A DNA stretch of 64,000 nt from assembly GCA_012842395.1 (NCBI GenBank), contig DUSX01000029.1, forward strand, positions 109 through 64,108, given 5' to 3'. This DNA is from Bacillota bacterium. GTDB taxonomy: Bacteria > Bacillota > SHA-98 > UBA4971. Both the position numbers and the translations under genes were made by a program. The notes beneath the pieces are model-generated. The model had not been told where the DNA came from, did not search any database, and saw only the letters and a program-made list of their open reading frames with translations. Shown in pieces: positions 41,388 to 51,119 of this stretch; within the stretch, counting starts at the first letter, position 1, and every line of letters starts with the position of its first letter.

Positions 41388-42353
41388 ATGAAAACCGTTG
41401 TAGCGCTGGGGGCTGCTGCCATCGATATGATGATCAAAGTGGATCGGCTTCCGGGGCCTGACGAGATGGTGTTCGCTGAGGATGGCCCGCATTTCCTACC
41501 AGGCGGTTCAACGGCGAACATCGCGGTGGGGCTGGCTCGTTTGGGAGTATCGTCGCGGTTCGTAGGGAAGGTCGGGCCTGATGATAACGGGCAGCGACTC
41601 CTCGAGGCATTCAGGCAGGACGACGTGGACACATCGTTCGTGCTTGTGGATGACCAGGGAAGAACCGCGGAAACCATCATTGCCGTTGATCGCCACGGTG
41701 CGCGGGTCATTTTCTCACTGGGCGGGACGGCTATCCTTGAGAAGCCGGATGAGTTTCGGGCGGAAGCGCTCGCGGGCGCACAGGTCCTCTACGTGGGTGA
41801 GGCGATACCATCCGTCGGGGTGAGGGCGATGAGAGCGGCAAGAGACGTCGGAGCCCTCGTGGTTTACGGCCCGGGCGGGGCCTTCTCCGGTCTCGGGATG
41901 GGCACGCTCGGCGAGATGATTGCCCTCGCCGACTATCTAGTGCTCAGCCGAGGGGAGGCGCGTTTGCTGACTGGAAAGGACGATCTCGATGCAGCGGTTG
42001 GAAGCCTCATGGCTGAAGGCGCGAGACGTGTCGTGGTGACTCAAGGAGACCGCGGGGCGAGTCTGTTTGAGCGAGAGACGGGGGCACCTTCGGCAACGAT
42101 GGCCATTGCGAGACGACACCGGGATGCTTTGAAGGTTCCCGTTGTGGATACCACCGGCGCCGGGGACGCATTCACGGCGGGGTTCATACGCGGTCTTGTG
42201 AGCGGGCTCGACAAAGACCGCTGCCTCGCCCTGGGCAACGCATGCGGAGCGCTGGCGGTGTCAAAGGTGGGAGCAAGGGAGGCCATGCCGACCTGGGACG
42301 AGGTCAGTCCCTACATCGAGTCGCTGGAAAGAGGGGGGTGCTCCCGCGCATGA
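41388..42353 (+). CDS. PfkB-family carbohydrate/nucleoside kinase
   Basis: Ribokinase-like fold with GG motif (FLPGGSTANIAVGLARLG) and C-terminal DTTGAGDAFTAGF anion-hole motif. Confidence 0.8.
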   Translation: MKTVVALGAAAIDMMIKVDRLPGPDEMVFAEDGPHFLPGGSTANIAVGLARLGVSSRFVGKVGPDDNGQRLLEAFRQDDVDTSFVLVDDQGRTAETIIAVDRHGARVIFSLGGTAILEKPDEFRAEALAGAQVLYVGEAIPSVGVRAMRAARDVGALVVYGPGGAFSGLGMGTLGEMIALADYLVLSRGEARLLTGKDDLDAAVGSLMAEGARRVVVTQGDRGASLFERETGAPSATMAIARRHRDALKVPVVDTTGAGDAFTAGFIRGLVSGLDKDRCLALGNACGALAVSKVGAREAMPTWDEVSPYIESLERGGCSRA

Positions 42354-43381
42354 GTGACGAGCTCTTGGCGAGGGCTGCAGGCTGCCTTGCAGGAGTGGCA
42401 GTTGGAGATGCAATGGGAATGCCGGTGGAATTCCTGACCAGGGAAGAGATCAAAGCGCGGTTCGGCAGGGTCGACCGGTTTCTCGAGCCCCCGCCAGGCC
42501 ACATCCACATGGGAACACCCCCGGGTCGAGTGACGGACGACACGGAACAGACCTGGGCGCTTGCGAGAGCGCTCGTGGCTTCGGGACGGATCACGCCACG
42601 TGTGGCGGCCGACGCATATCTGGAATGGGCGGACCGCGTGAACGCGTTCGAGACGTCCTTCCTCGGCCCCAGCTCAAGAGGCGCGCTTGAACGCCTGCGT
42701 GCGGGGGAAGACCCGGCGCGCACCGGCGACAAGGGAGCCACCGTGGGGGCGGCTATGCGCGTCGCGCCGATCGGCATCGTCAATGCGGGGGATGCGGAGG
42801 CGGCCGCGTGTGAGGCACACTTCTCATCCCTGCCCACGCACGGTGTGAACATCGCAATAGCAGGTGCCTGCGCTGTGGCGGCGGGCGTGGCGTGTGCAGT
42901 GGCCGGGAGACCGCTCGGGGCTGTCGTGGAGGCTGCCGTGGCTGGTGCGGCGTACGGGCAAGGCTTGGGCGTTCAGTGGGCGGGCGCGACGGTTCCCGCA
43001 CGCATGAGGCTTGCTCTCGACCTTGTCTCGCACAACAAGAGCGAGCCGGAGAGAGCTGAGGAGGCCCTCTACGAGACCGTCGGGGTTGGCATGTACCCCA
43101 CCGAGCTCGTGGCGACCGCCCTAGGCCTCGTGGTGCTTTACGACGGGCGGCCCCACCTTGCGATCCCGGCCGCCGCAAGCATGGGCGGTGACACAGACAC
43201 GCTTGCGGCGATAGTAGGTGCGCTTTCAGGGGCGCTTGGCGGCATTGGTGCCTTGCCAGCCGAGTGGGTGGGGGCGGTGGAGCGAGTAAACGACCTCGAC
43301 TGCGAAGCTCTCGCGTCACAGCTCATTGCGACTCGTGCTCACAGGCTGGAGGCCGGAAGTGTTCGGAGGGACGAATGGTGA
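42350..43381 (+). CDS. ADP-ribosylglycohydrolase-family protein (YegU-like)
   Basis: GCLAGVAVGDAMGMPVEF...TDDTEQTWALARAL and C-terminal GGDTDTLAAIVGALSGALGG are ARH-family metal-site motifs. ATG overlaps the pfkB stop (ATGA). Confidence 0.8.
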   Translation: MSDELLARAAGCLAGVAVGDAMGMPVEFLTREEIKARFGRVDRFLEPPPGHIHMGTPPGRVTDDTEQTWALARALVASGRITPRVAADAYLEWADRVNAFETSFLGPSSRGALERLRAGEDPARTGDKGATVGAAMRVAPIGIVNAGDAEAAACEAHFSSLPTHGVNIAIAGACAVAAGVACAVAGRPLGAVVEAAVAGAAYGQGLGVQWAGATVPARMRLALDLVSHNKSEPERAEEALYETVGVGMYPTELVATALGLVVLYDGRPHLAIPAAASMGGDTDTLAAIVGALSGALGGIGALPAEWVGAVERVNDLDCEALASQLIATRAHRLEAGSVRRDEW

Positions 43382-44136
43382 CAGGCAAGGAAGTCAGGTT
43401 GCGGAGGATTTTCAGGAGGGGCAGAAGCTTCATAAGCGCCCTTGACTATGGAGGTTTCATGGGGCCTGCCCCGGGGATAGAGGACCCCGGGGCGATCGTG
43501 CGGCAGGTGGTGGACGGCGGGGCCGATGCCATCCTCGTGAACCCCGGCGTCGCCAGGAGCGAGTGGGCGACCTACGCTGGGCGGTGCGGCCTCATAATCC
43601 GGCTCACCGGCGGCGCAACGCGGTACAATCCGAATATGTCCTACCACGCGCTCGTGTGCGGAGTGGAAGAAGCTGTGTCCTTGGGCGCCGACGCGGTGTG
43701 CATCATGGTCCTGGTGGGCGCCCCGGAGGAGCAGCGCATGTTCGAGACCATGGCGGAGGTGATATCGCAGGCGACGAGATATGGGTTGCCTGTGCTCGCC
43801 GAGATCATTCCAGCCGACATGAACATGAGCCATGATCCGGAGTGCATAGCCGTGTGTGCCAGAGTAGGCTACGAGCTTGGCGCGGACTTCGTCAAGACGT
43901 ACTTTACTGGCCAGGGATTCGACAGGATCGTCAGGGCATGTAAGATTCCCATAGTGATCGCCGGCGGGCCTCGGACTTCGGACCCTATCTGCATGGCGAG
44001 GGAAGCGCTCAATGCGGGGGCCGCGGGGATCGCATTTGGCCGCAACGTTTTCGAGGCCGCCGACCCTGAGGCTATGGCGCGCGAGCTTGCGCGCGTGGTC
44101 CATGAAGGCGGGCGAGAGGAAGTGGCTGTGCGGTGA
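43375..44136 (+). CDS. Class I aldolase, DeoC/LacD/FbaB family
   Basis: SALDYG...DAILVNPG...KTYFTG...IAGGPR is the pattern of the PF01791-type TIM-barrel Schiff-base aldolases. Start overlaps the upstream stop (ATGGTGA). Confidence 0.75.
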   Translation: MVTGKEVRLRRIFRRGRSFISALDYGGFMGPAPGIEDPGAIVRQVVDGGADAILVNPGVARSEWATYAGRCGLIIRLTGGATRYNPNMSYHALVCGVEEAVSLGADAVCIMVLVGAPEEQRMFETMAEVISQATRYGLPVLAEIIPADMNMSHDPECIAVCARVGYELGADFVKTYFTGQGFDRIVRACKIPIVIAGGPRTSDPICMAREALNAGAAGIAFGRNVFEAADPEAMARELARVVHEGGREEVAVR

Positions 44137-45176
44137 AGGCGGCGGTTTACTACGGCCCGAGGGACGTCCGGGTGGAGAACGTCTCAGAACCTGCTCTCGA
44201 GCCCGGCGAGGCCCTGTTGAAGGTCATGTTCTGTGGAGTCTGCGGAACCGACATAAAGACGTACCTGAGGGGGCACCCAATGTTCGAGCCGCCCTGCATC
44301 CTCGGTCACGAGCCAGTCGGCGAGATCGTCGAGATGCGGCCGGGGAACGACGCGCGCGGGACGGGACGCGTGTCCGTGGGCGACGTCGTGGCCGTCGCGC
44401 CCTACGTTCCGTGCGACAAGTGCCGGCTGTGCCTCAAGGGAAGGCAGGAGATGTGCGCATCGAAGGAGGGGATAGCTGGCGCGTTTTGCGAGTACATCAG
44501 GCTGCCCGGCGAAGTCTTGGCGAAAGGCGCGTGCAAAGTCCCTGGGGGCCTGTCGCCAAGGGCGGCCTGTCTTGCCGAGCCGGTGGCGTGCTGCCTGAAC
44601 GCGGTCGATGCGACATCCTTCGACCCGGGTGACTCCGTGCTCATCAACGGTGCCGGCCCGATGGGCCTCCTCATGCTAGAGCTGTGCAAAATCAGGGGCG
44701 CAGGGGCGATCTTCGTAAGCGAGCCCAGCGAGACGAGACGCCGAGAAGCTGCCCGGCGCGGGGCGCTTGTGATCGATCCCAGGGTCGAGGACGTGCGCAA
44801 CCGGGTGAACGCGGAAACCGGGGGTGACGGGGCGGATGCCGCTTTTGTGTGCGTAGGTGCGGCTGGCGCACTCGAGGACGCCGTGGCATCGGTCCGTCCC
44901 GGTGGCAGAGTCAACCTATTCGGTGGATTCCCTGGCGGGTCCGAGGTACCTCTGGACCCCAACGCGATCCACTACCGCGAGGTAATGCTCCTCGGTAGCT
45001 TCGGCTTTGCCCCGCGTCACTTCCACATGGCGATTCGGCTTCTCGCGTCGGGAAGACTGGACGTTTCAGGCCTCTTGAGCCAGGAGTTCAGCCTCGACGA
45101 CGTCGGGCTTGCCCTGGATACCGGTGCCTCCGGAGAGACGCTGAAGGTGCTCTTGAGGATGGGCGGGGATGAATAG
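44133..45176 (+). CDS. Zn-dependent medium-chain dehydrogenase (sorbitol/threonine-DH-like)
   Basis: CGVCGTDIKTY...GHEPVGEIVE is the catalytic Zn site. GAGPMGLLMLELCKIRGA is the Rossmann motif. Confidence 0.85.
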   Translation: MKAAVYYGPRDVRVENVSEPALEPGEALLKVMFCGVCGTDIKTYLRGHPMFEPPCILGHEPVGEIVEMRPGNDARGTGRVSVGDVVAVAPYVPCDKCRLCLKGRQEMCASKEGIAGAFCEYIRLPGEVLAKGACKVPGGLSPRAACLAEPVACCLNAVDATSFDPGDSVLINGAGPMGLLMLELCKIRGAGAIFVSEPSETRRREAARRGALVIDPRVEDVRNRVNAETGGDGADAAFVCVGAAGALEDAVASVRPGGRVNLFGGFPGGSEVPLDPNAIHYREVMLLGSFGFAPRHFHMAIRLLASGRLDVSGLLSQEFSLDDVGLALDTGASGETLKVLLRMGGDE

Positions 45177-46755
45177 AAACAGAAACGAGGCATATGTCGG
45201 GATCGATGTCGGGACCTCGTCTGTGAAGGTCGGGCTTCTTGCGGGAGACTCGTACCACGTGGTGACCCGTCCCGCGGGACTCGTAGTGTCACGAGCCGGC
45301 GGTGCCGAGCAGGACGCTCGCGGGCTGTGGGCTACGGTCGCGGGAGCGATCCGGGAGGTAGTGCACGCCGCAGGCGATGACGTGCACGTACGGGCTGTCG
45401 GTCTCTCGGGACACAGCCCCTCCCTGGTCGCGGCCGGGCCTTCTGGAGACCCGCTCACGCCCGTGATCACGTGGATGGATAGAAGGCCGCTTCTCGATGG
45501 GCGCGGAAACCCTGCACCCCTGGACGGCAGCGCCGACTATCGTGCGCAAGGGCCGTCGTTCGAGGCGACCGCGCAGTGGCTCGCAAGCCTTCGTGCGCTC
45601 CAGGCGGAGAGCGGGTGGGTCCTCCTTCAGCCGAAGGACTTCATTGCCCTTCGCCTCACCGGCCGGGCGTGCATCGATTCGTCGTCAGCCTCGTGCTTCT
45701 CCTGGTACGATCCTGCAAGAGGCTGGGATGTCCGTGGCGGACACGACGTCGCCGCCTTCCTGCCCTCGGTCGTTCACCCCTGGGAGGCGTGCGGGACGGT
45801 CACTCATGAGGCCGCCCGCGAAACCGGGCTCCCCGCCGGCATCCCGGTGGCTCCGGGCGGCATAGATGCCGTTATGGAAGCTCTGGGCGCCGGGATCCTC
45901 GGGCCAGGTGCAGCTTGCGACGCCACGGGCACGTCGACGTGCGTGTCGCTGGTCTGTCCGGCTGAAGAAGGTCAGGGCAGCTGCATGTGCCACGTTGCGC
46001 CCGGCAGATTCCTTCGCGTAGCCCCGGTATCATACACCGGGGGCTCGCTTAAGTGGGCCCTATCGGTCCTTTTCCCCGCTGAGGCAAGCGCGACCCACGA
46101 CTGGAGGGAGTTAGTAACCGAGGCCGTTGCGGCGTCACGGCCAGGAGCTTCGGGCCTTCTGTTCATCCCGCACTTGGTGGGCCAACGGAGCCCGAAGGCG
46201 AACCCACATGCTCGAGGCGCATTCGTCGGGCTCGAGCCCAAACACACCAGGGCTGACATGTTGAGGGCGGTACTTGAGGGCTGCTCGTACGCTGTAAGGG
46301 AGAGCCTTGAAGCAATGAGCTGCCACCAGATGACCGCGGAGATGAGGGCGGTGGGTTCCGGGGCGAGGCATGATCCATGGCTCCAGATTAAGGCGGATGT
46401 GCTCGGTATCCCCTATAAGGGGATGTCGATCACAGAGGGGGCCGTGCTCGGGGCCATCGTCCTCGCCGGGCACTGTTGCGGGGATTTCGCGTCGCTCGAG
46501 GAGGCAACCAGGCGTCTTGTCAGCTGGAGGCGGGTTTTCGACCCTTGCGACGACGTGCGCCGCGTCTATGACGTCATGTATGAGGCGTATCGAGAAGCAA
46601 GCATTGGTCTTGAGCGCGCCCAAGAGGTTTTGACGGGCACTCGGACGGACGCTTGCTGGGAGGAAGCGCCCGCTCCCGAGACTGGCCCTGGCCTCCAGGC
46701 GCACGCTCTGATGCGGGACACGGAGGACGAGACATGCCAAGAGACATCAAGCTGA
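45169..46755 (+). CDS. FGGY-family carbohydrate kinase
   Basis: AYVGIDVGTSSVKVGLL is the N-terminal FGGY signature. Full two-domain actin-like kinase length (528 aa). Confidence 0.85.
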   Translation: MNRNRNEAYVGIDVGTSSVKVGLLAGDSYHVVTRPAGLVVSRAGGAEQDARGLWATVAGAIREVVHAAGDDVHVRAVGLSGHSPSLVAAGPSGDPLTPVITWMDRRPLLDGRGNPAPLDGSADYRAQGPSFEATAQWLASLRALQAESGWVLLQPKDFIALRLTGRACIDSSSASCFSWYDPARGWDVRGGHDVAAFLPSVVHPWEACGTVTHEAARETGLPAGIPVAPGGIDAVMEALGAGILGPGAACDATGTSTCVSLVCPAEEGQGSCMCHVAPGRFLRVAPVSYTGGSLKWALSVLFPAEASATHDWRELVTEAVAASRPGASGLLFIPHLVGQRSPKANPHARGAFVGLEPKHTRADMLRAVLEGCSYAVRESLEAMSCHQMTAEMRAVGSGARHDPWLQIKADVLGIPYKGMSITEGAVLGAIVLAGHCCGDFASLEEATRRLVSWRRVFDPCDDVRRVYDVMYEAYREASIGLERAQEVLTGTRTDACWEEAPAPETGPGLQAHALMRDTEDETCQETSS

Positions 46756-47978
46756 TGACGTTGAGCTTGTTCCTGTGGGGGTGGGGGTACGGCCTTTACG
46801 CCTACGTCTTTCCCCTGTACATACGGTCACTGGGCGCTTCGCCGGGGCAGGTTGGGGTCGTCTACTCCGTCATGATGGTCGCCTTGGCTTTGTCGTACAT
46901 CCCTGGTGGCGTCATCGCGGACAAGTACGAGAGAAAGCGGACGATGATTCTTTCCTGGCTCGTTGGGGTTCCGGCGCCTCTTCTGTACTATTTCGCCCGG
47001 GACTACAAGGTTGTCGCGGCCGCATCGGCGCTTTACTCGTTGTCCATGATAGGCTACCCCGCGATGAACGCGTACGCGGCGGCGAGAGCGCCGGCGGGCA
47101 TGTCTGGCCTCGTGTTCGGCGTCATCAACTCCGGTTATGCAGCGGGAATGATAGCCAGCCCCATATTGGGTGGATGGCTTGCACAGGTAATCGGCACGCG
47201 CAACGTCTTCCTCATCACCTTCGTGTTTTTCCTAGCTTCCGTCGCTGTGCTGTGTTTTGTTGACCAACAAGCGCCAAGTGCTTCCAGCTCTCGTGGTTCA
47301 GCCCATACAGAAGACGCAGCAGCAGGCTACGCAGGTCTTCTGCGGCAAAAGCGATTCGCGAGGTTTGTAGTCACGTACTCGTGCATGGCGGTTGCCTACT
47401 ACATGGTTCAACCTCTCATACCCCAGTACCTTGGAGACGAAATGGGAACGAGCTTCGCGTTCATAGGGCTGACCGGATCCATAATGTCGCTGGGCCAGTC
47501 TGTCATCACGGTCATGCTCGGTCGATGCGCGGATAGGTGGGGTACCGTTGTTGCTCTCGGCGGCAACGCGCTCGTGTTTTCCGCTGCGATGCTGGGTCTC
47601 GTGACGGCACGAAGCCTCGCTTTGCTAGCTGGGGTCCTGTTCCTTGCAGGTGCATTCATGGCCGGACAAGGGGTTGCACTTGCCGGCGTTGGCGAGGTTC
47701 TCGGCGGATCGCCCACGGGGCGTGCCTTCGGGCTTTTCAATCTGGCGGTCGCCGCAAGTTCGATCGTTGGGCCATACGCCGGTGGGGTCTTGTACGAGCG
47801 GTCTCCGGCGGTGCCCTTCCTTGCATGTGCAGCGGCATTCGCGGCGATGTCCCTGGTCTTGCTCTTCTGTGAACCCAGACCGAACCGCGCCGGGGAGGTG
47901 GTTCATGCACGAAGATGTGCGCGTTCGGGCGATTCTCCGTCAATCAACTCTTATCTAGGAGGGACAAGAGATGCGTAA
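46734..47978 (+). CDS. MFS transporter
   Basis: 415 aa, 12 TMs, motif IADKYERKRTMIL (MFS motif A-like). Confidence 0.8.
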   Translation: MPRDIKLMTLSLFLWGWGYGLYAYVFPLYIRSLGASPGQVGVVYSVMMVALALSYIPGGVIADKYERKRTMILSWLVGVPAPLLYYFARDYKVVAAASALYSLSMIGYPAMNAYAAARAPAGMSGLVFGVINSGYAAGMIASPILGGWLAQVIGTRNVFLITFVFFLASVAVLCFVDQQAPSASSSRGSAHTEDAAAGYAGLLRQKRFARFVVTYSCMAVAYYMVQPLIPQYLGDEMGTSFAFIGLTGSIMSLGQSVITVMLGRCADRWGTVVALGGNALVFSAAMLGLVTARSLALLAGVLFLAGAFMAGQGVALAGVGEVLGGSPTGRAFGLFNLAVAASSIVGPYAGGVLYERSPAVPFLACAAAFAAMSLVLLFCEPRPNRAGEVVHARRCARSGDSPSINSYLGGTRDA

Positions 47979-48489
47979 GGGTTTCGTCTGGTTCGTGGTC
48001 ATGTGTCTCGTTGCCGGTATTGCGCCTATTGGTTTCGCTGAGACGCCGAAGCCTGCGGGGAAAGTGGTGCTCACTGTAACGGGGGACATCACGGTCAAGA
48101 ACGCCGACGCCGGGCTTGAGTTCGACATGGCGATGCTTGAGGGCCTCGGCCTCACCAAATGCGAAGTCAAAGACCCGTGGCTTGGCAAGAAGGTTTATGA
48201 GGGCGTCCTCATCAGCACCATACTCCAGTATGCTGGGGCGGTGGACACAGCGGATGAGGTGATCGTCGTGGCGAAGGACGGGAAGAAGGTTTCCGTCAAG
48301 GTTGCCGACGCGATCAAGTATCCGATTATGCTTGCGACGAAAGACGGTGGCAAGGCAATAGGAAGCGGCCTTGGCGGGCCGGTGAAGCTGGTGTTCCCGT
48401 ACGACACGCATCCAGAAGTAGAGAAAATCCACGACAAGAATGACTGGAACTGGTATGTCGTGACCCTAGAGGTGAAAGCGAAGTCATGA
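47971..48489 (+). CDS. Secreted hypothetical protein (signal peptide)
   Basis: N-terminal signal peptide MRKGFVWFVVMCLVAGIAPIGFAE. Beta-rich body (DWNWYVVTLEV). GGAGGG RBS. Overlaps flanking genes by ATGA-type junctions. Confidence 0.55.
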   Translation: MRKGFVWFVVMCLVAGIAPIGFAETPKPAGKVVLTVTGDITVKNADAGLEFDMAMLEGLGLTKCEVKDPWLGKKVYEGVLISTILQYAGAVDTADEVIVVAKDGKKVSVKVADAIKYPIMLATKDGGKAIGSGLGGPVKLVFPYDTHPEVEKIHDKNDWNWYVVTLEVKAKS

Positions 48490-49745
48490 CTACCGAATGG
48501 ATTAGGAGAACATACAGGGTCCTCCTCGTCCTTCTGGTCTGCTCGCTGGCGGCCGCCGTGCCCGCGGCCGCCGGCTCCTCCCCGAGCGAGGGGGCCCGCC
48601 CGACGGTGGTCCTGGTCATCCTTGACGGCTGCGCTGCTTACTCATTGGACTTGCTGCCATCCGAGGCATATCTCAGGCAGGCGGCGGCGGAAGGGTTCTA
48701 CCAGCACGTGCGGACCGTGTTCCCGTCTTCCACGGCAGCCGGACATGCGGCCATACTGACCGGCAAGTGGCCCGATGAGAACGGGGTCACAGGCAAACAG
48801 TTCATGGGGAGCGACGGGACGCTGAATGGGTTCAGCTCGCCTCAATTGCTGGAAGCTCCCACAGTGATCGAACGGGCGGCGAAGGCTGGCCTGCGCACAG
48901 CATTCATTTCCGGGAAGGAAGGAGTCAGGTCGCTGTTCGGCGAAGATGCAGACCTCGCGGTGAGCCCGGCGTCAGTGCCATCATGGGTGCTCGAAGAGGT
49001 CGGGCCTCCTCCGGACGAGTCCACGCAATATGAGGACTACTGCGGCTGGTATGAAAAGCTCGACAGATGGGTGATCGATGTAGCGGGTGCTTTCGTGAAA
49101 GAGGCAGGGCCTGGCGCATTCATCGTGCTTAACCTCGCCGGACCGGATAAGGTGGGACACAGGTTTGGGCCCGTTCCTGCGCCTGAGACCACTCAATGCC
49201 TCATCTCAGTAGGAGAGGCTCTCCGCGGTCTGACAGGAGTCCTCGAGGAGGTCGCGAGGGAGGACTGGGCTGTAGTGGTCACCGCAGACCACGGGATGAC
49301 CAGCGTGAGCAAGGCCATTGTGCCGTCAGAGCTGTTCGGAGGCATTGCCGACGATGGCTTGGCATACAGCCTTGACGGAGGTGTCTTGTACGCGTGGCCG
49401 ACGCCGACAACAGAGGAAGCTGTGGTAAGCGCGCTCAAGGGCGCTGAAGGCGTAGCGGAGGTCATCACGACGTCAGACGAAAGACGGGCGCTTCTTCACG
49501 CGTCGCATCCGAGGAGTGCCCCGATCATCGCGATAGCACGCCAAGGTTACATGTTCACTGAGTCCAGCGCGTTCATGGAGTATACGAAGGGCAGCCACGG
49601 AACGCTTCTTGATACAGACGTAATGGTCCCATTAATGGTCTACGGACCCCAGGCGGTCAAGACCGGCATTGGTATCAGCGAGATCGGAGACACAGTGGAG
49701 ATAGCGGGGGTACTCGCCGAGCTCTTGGGCGGCCTGGGGGACTGA
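48486..49745 (+). CDS. Secreted alkaline-phosphatase-superfamily enzyme, nucleotide pyrophosphatase/phosphodiesterase-like
   Basis: Signal peptide. VVLVILDGCAAYSL...TVFPSSTAAGHAAILTGKWPDENGV is a metal/nucleophile-site pattern of type I phosphodiesterase/NPP-like AlkP-fold enzymes. GPDKVGHRFG further supports this. Confidence 0.75.
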   Translation: MTTEWIRRTYRVLLVLLVCSLAAAVPAAAGSSPSEGARPTVVLVILDGCAAYSLDLLPSEAYLRQAAAEGFYQHVRTVFPSSTAAGHAAILTGKWPDENGVTGKQFMGSDGTLNGFSSPQLLEAPTVIERAAKAGLRTAFISGKEGVRSLFGEDADLAVSPASVPSWVLEEVGPPPDESTQYEDYCGWYEKLDRWVIDVAGAFVKEAGPGAFIVLNLAGPDKVGHRFGPVPAPETTQCLISVGEALRGLTGVLEEVAREDWAVVVTADHGMTSVSKAIVPSELFGGIADDGLAYSLDGGVLYAWPTPTTEEAVVSALKGAEGVAEVITTSDERRALLHASHPRSAPIIAIARQGYMFTESSAFMEYTKGSHGTLLDTDVMVPLMVYGPQAVKTGIGISEIGDTVEIAGVLAELLGGLGD

Positions 49746-49748
49746 GCA

Positions 49749-49876
49749 CATCGCCAGGAGTGCGCGCTACTCTTGGGCGCGAGGGTCCTGCCTGGGGCTA
49801 TCGGGCTTGCCCTCCGGGGACGGCGTGCTTGTTGCGCGCCTCGTTCGAATCTGACGCGCAAGATAGCCAGATACCC
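49749..49876 (+). repeat. Intergenic hairpin repeat element, copy C (forward, right half truncated)
   Basis: ATCGCCAGGAGTGCGCGCTACTCTTGGGCG...GCCCTCCGGGGACGGCGTGCTTGTTGCGCGCCTCGTTCGAATCTGACGCGCAAGATAGCCAGAT. Starts at the stop codon of the AlkP-like gene. Confidence 0.7.
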
Positions 49877-49976
49877 CGCATATCTTCCGGCTTTGCCCGG
49901 CCTTGACTTCGGTCCCGGCGTGTGTTACTATTCTACGTGCGAGAGATGTGGCACCACATAGCCCATAGGTTTGAGT

Positions 49977-50052
49977 GGGGACGTAGCTCAGTTGGGAGAG
50001 CGCGTGAATCGCACTCACGAGGTCGGGAGTTCGAATCTCCTCGTCTCCACCA
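49977..50052 (+). tRNA. tRNA-Ala: tRNA-Ala (anticodon CGC)
   Basis: Cloverleaf: 7-bp acceptor stem with G3:U70 wobble (alanine identity element). Anticodon stem CGTGA/TCACG with loop aTCGCAc. T-loop GGTTCGAATCC. Encoded CCA. Confidence 0.9.
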
Positions 50053-50061
50053 GAGGATGTT

Positions 50062-50091
50062 GCGCCAGGCGGATGCCTGGCGTTCTTTTTT
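50062..50091 (+). terminator. Rho-independent terminator after tRNA-Ala
   Basis: GCGCCAGGC-GGAT-GCCTGGCG stem followed by TTCTTTTTT. Confidence 0.8.
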
Positions 50092-50267
50092 GCTTGTGCC
50101 TCCTCGGGGCGCAATCATCGCGTAGCCCTGACCTATCCATGCCTCATGAAAGCCGACCCCGTCGCCGCAAAGCCTGGCGATCTACCGGGCCTGCCCGGTG
50201 TCGCGGAGACGCCTCTTGGTTGGAACTTAGTTCGGCGCACGCAGCGACTGGCGCCCCCGCGCCTTGC

Positions 50268-51119
50268 TTAGTCGCGCCGTCCCCGCTCCACCGGCTCCCG
50301 TCGCTCGAACGGCACCGGCACATACTGAACAGAGGGGCGCCGCTGCACGGGTTGCGGGTAGAGCTCCATCAAACGGTAGACCTCGTAGGGCATCTCGTTG
50401 CTGACTTGGAGCCCCATGCGCCGCAGCGCATCGCAAGTGATCGGGTAATCGTGTGTCCAGCGCCCTTCCGTGAGCGTCTTCGCGATCTCGCGGGCTTTGT
50501 CCTCGGGCAGCTTCGCGGCCAGGATCTCGTATACGCTTTCATAGACCTGCACCATGGCTTTGGCGGCCATGTCCCCCAGGATTAGCGTCGTGTCGCTTAC
50601 GGAGTTCTTGTCCTTCTGCTCTATGGCCCGCAGAATGGATACCGCCGGGTAGTTCCCGAGTTGCGGGTCGACCGGGCCGAGCACGGCGTTCTCGTCCATG
50701 ACGATCTCGTCTGCGGCTAGAGCCAGGAGCGTCCCGCCAGACATCGCGTAGTGCGGCACGAACACAGTTACTTTCGCCTTGTGGCCCGCGATCGCGTGGG
50801 CGATCTGCTCCGCGGCGAGCACGAGACCGCCCGGTGTGTGGAGGATGATATCTATCGGGACATCGTCTGGCGTGAGGCGGATCGCTCTTAGCACCTGTTC
50901 CGAATCCTCGATGTCGATGTGGCGCGAGATCGGGATGCCGAGGAAGCTGATTGCCTCCATGCGGTGGATCATGGCTATGACCCGCGATCTCCTCTTGCGT
51001 GAGAGGGAGTTGAGGATGTGCAGCCTTGCGAGCTCGATCCTTCGCCTTCCGAAGAGGGGCGAGAGGAGGCTCCACACCAGGAGAAGGATCCAGAAGAGGT
51101 TGAAGAACGTGTCGGACAT
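50268..51119 (-). CDS. Membrane-anchored ClpP/S49-class serine protease (SDH/'serine dehydrogenase proteinase' family)
   Basis: N-terminal TM (FFNLFWILLLVWSLL) then ILHTPGGLVLAAEQIAHAI...VPHYAMSGGTLLALAADEIVMDENAVLGPVDPQLG (ClpP-like fold). Start at ATG with GGAGAGAG RBS; the upstream part of ORF 50268..51344 is discarded. Confidence 0.7.
   Translation of the reverse strand: MSDTFFNLFWILLLVWSLLSPLFGRRRIELARLHILNSLSRKRRSRVIAMIHRMEAISFLGIPISRHIDIEDSEQVLRAIRLTPDDVPIDIILHTPGGLVLAAEQIAHAIAGHKAKVTVFVPHYAMSGGTLLALAADEIVMDENAVLGPVDPQLGNYPAVSILRAIEQKDKNSVSDTTLILGDMAAKAMVQVYESVYEILAAKLPEDKAREIAKTLTEGRWTHDYPITCDALRRMGLQVSNEMPYEVYRLMELYPQPVQRRPSVQYVPVPFERREPVERGRRD

Noticed and set aside
42242-42349. 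N-terminal extension of the ARH-family ORF overlapping the pfkB 3' end
   Set aside because: The conserved ARH N-terminus begins at MSDELLARAAGCLAGVAVGDAMG. The ATGA overlap with the pfkB stop at 42350 is the typical coupled start.
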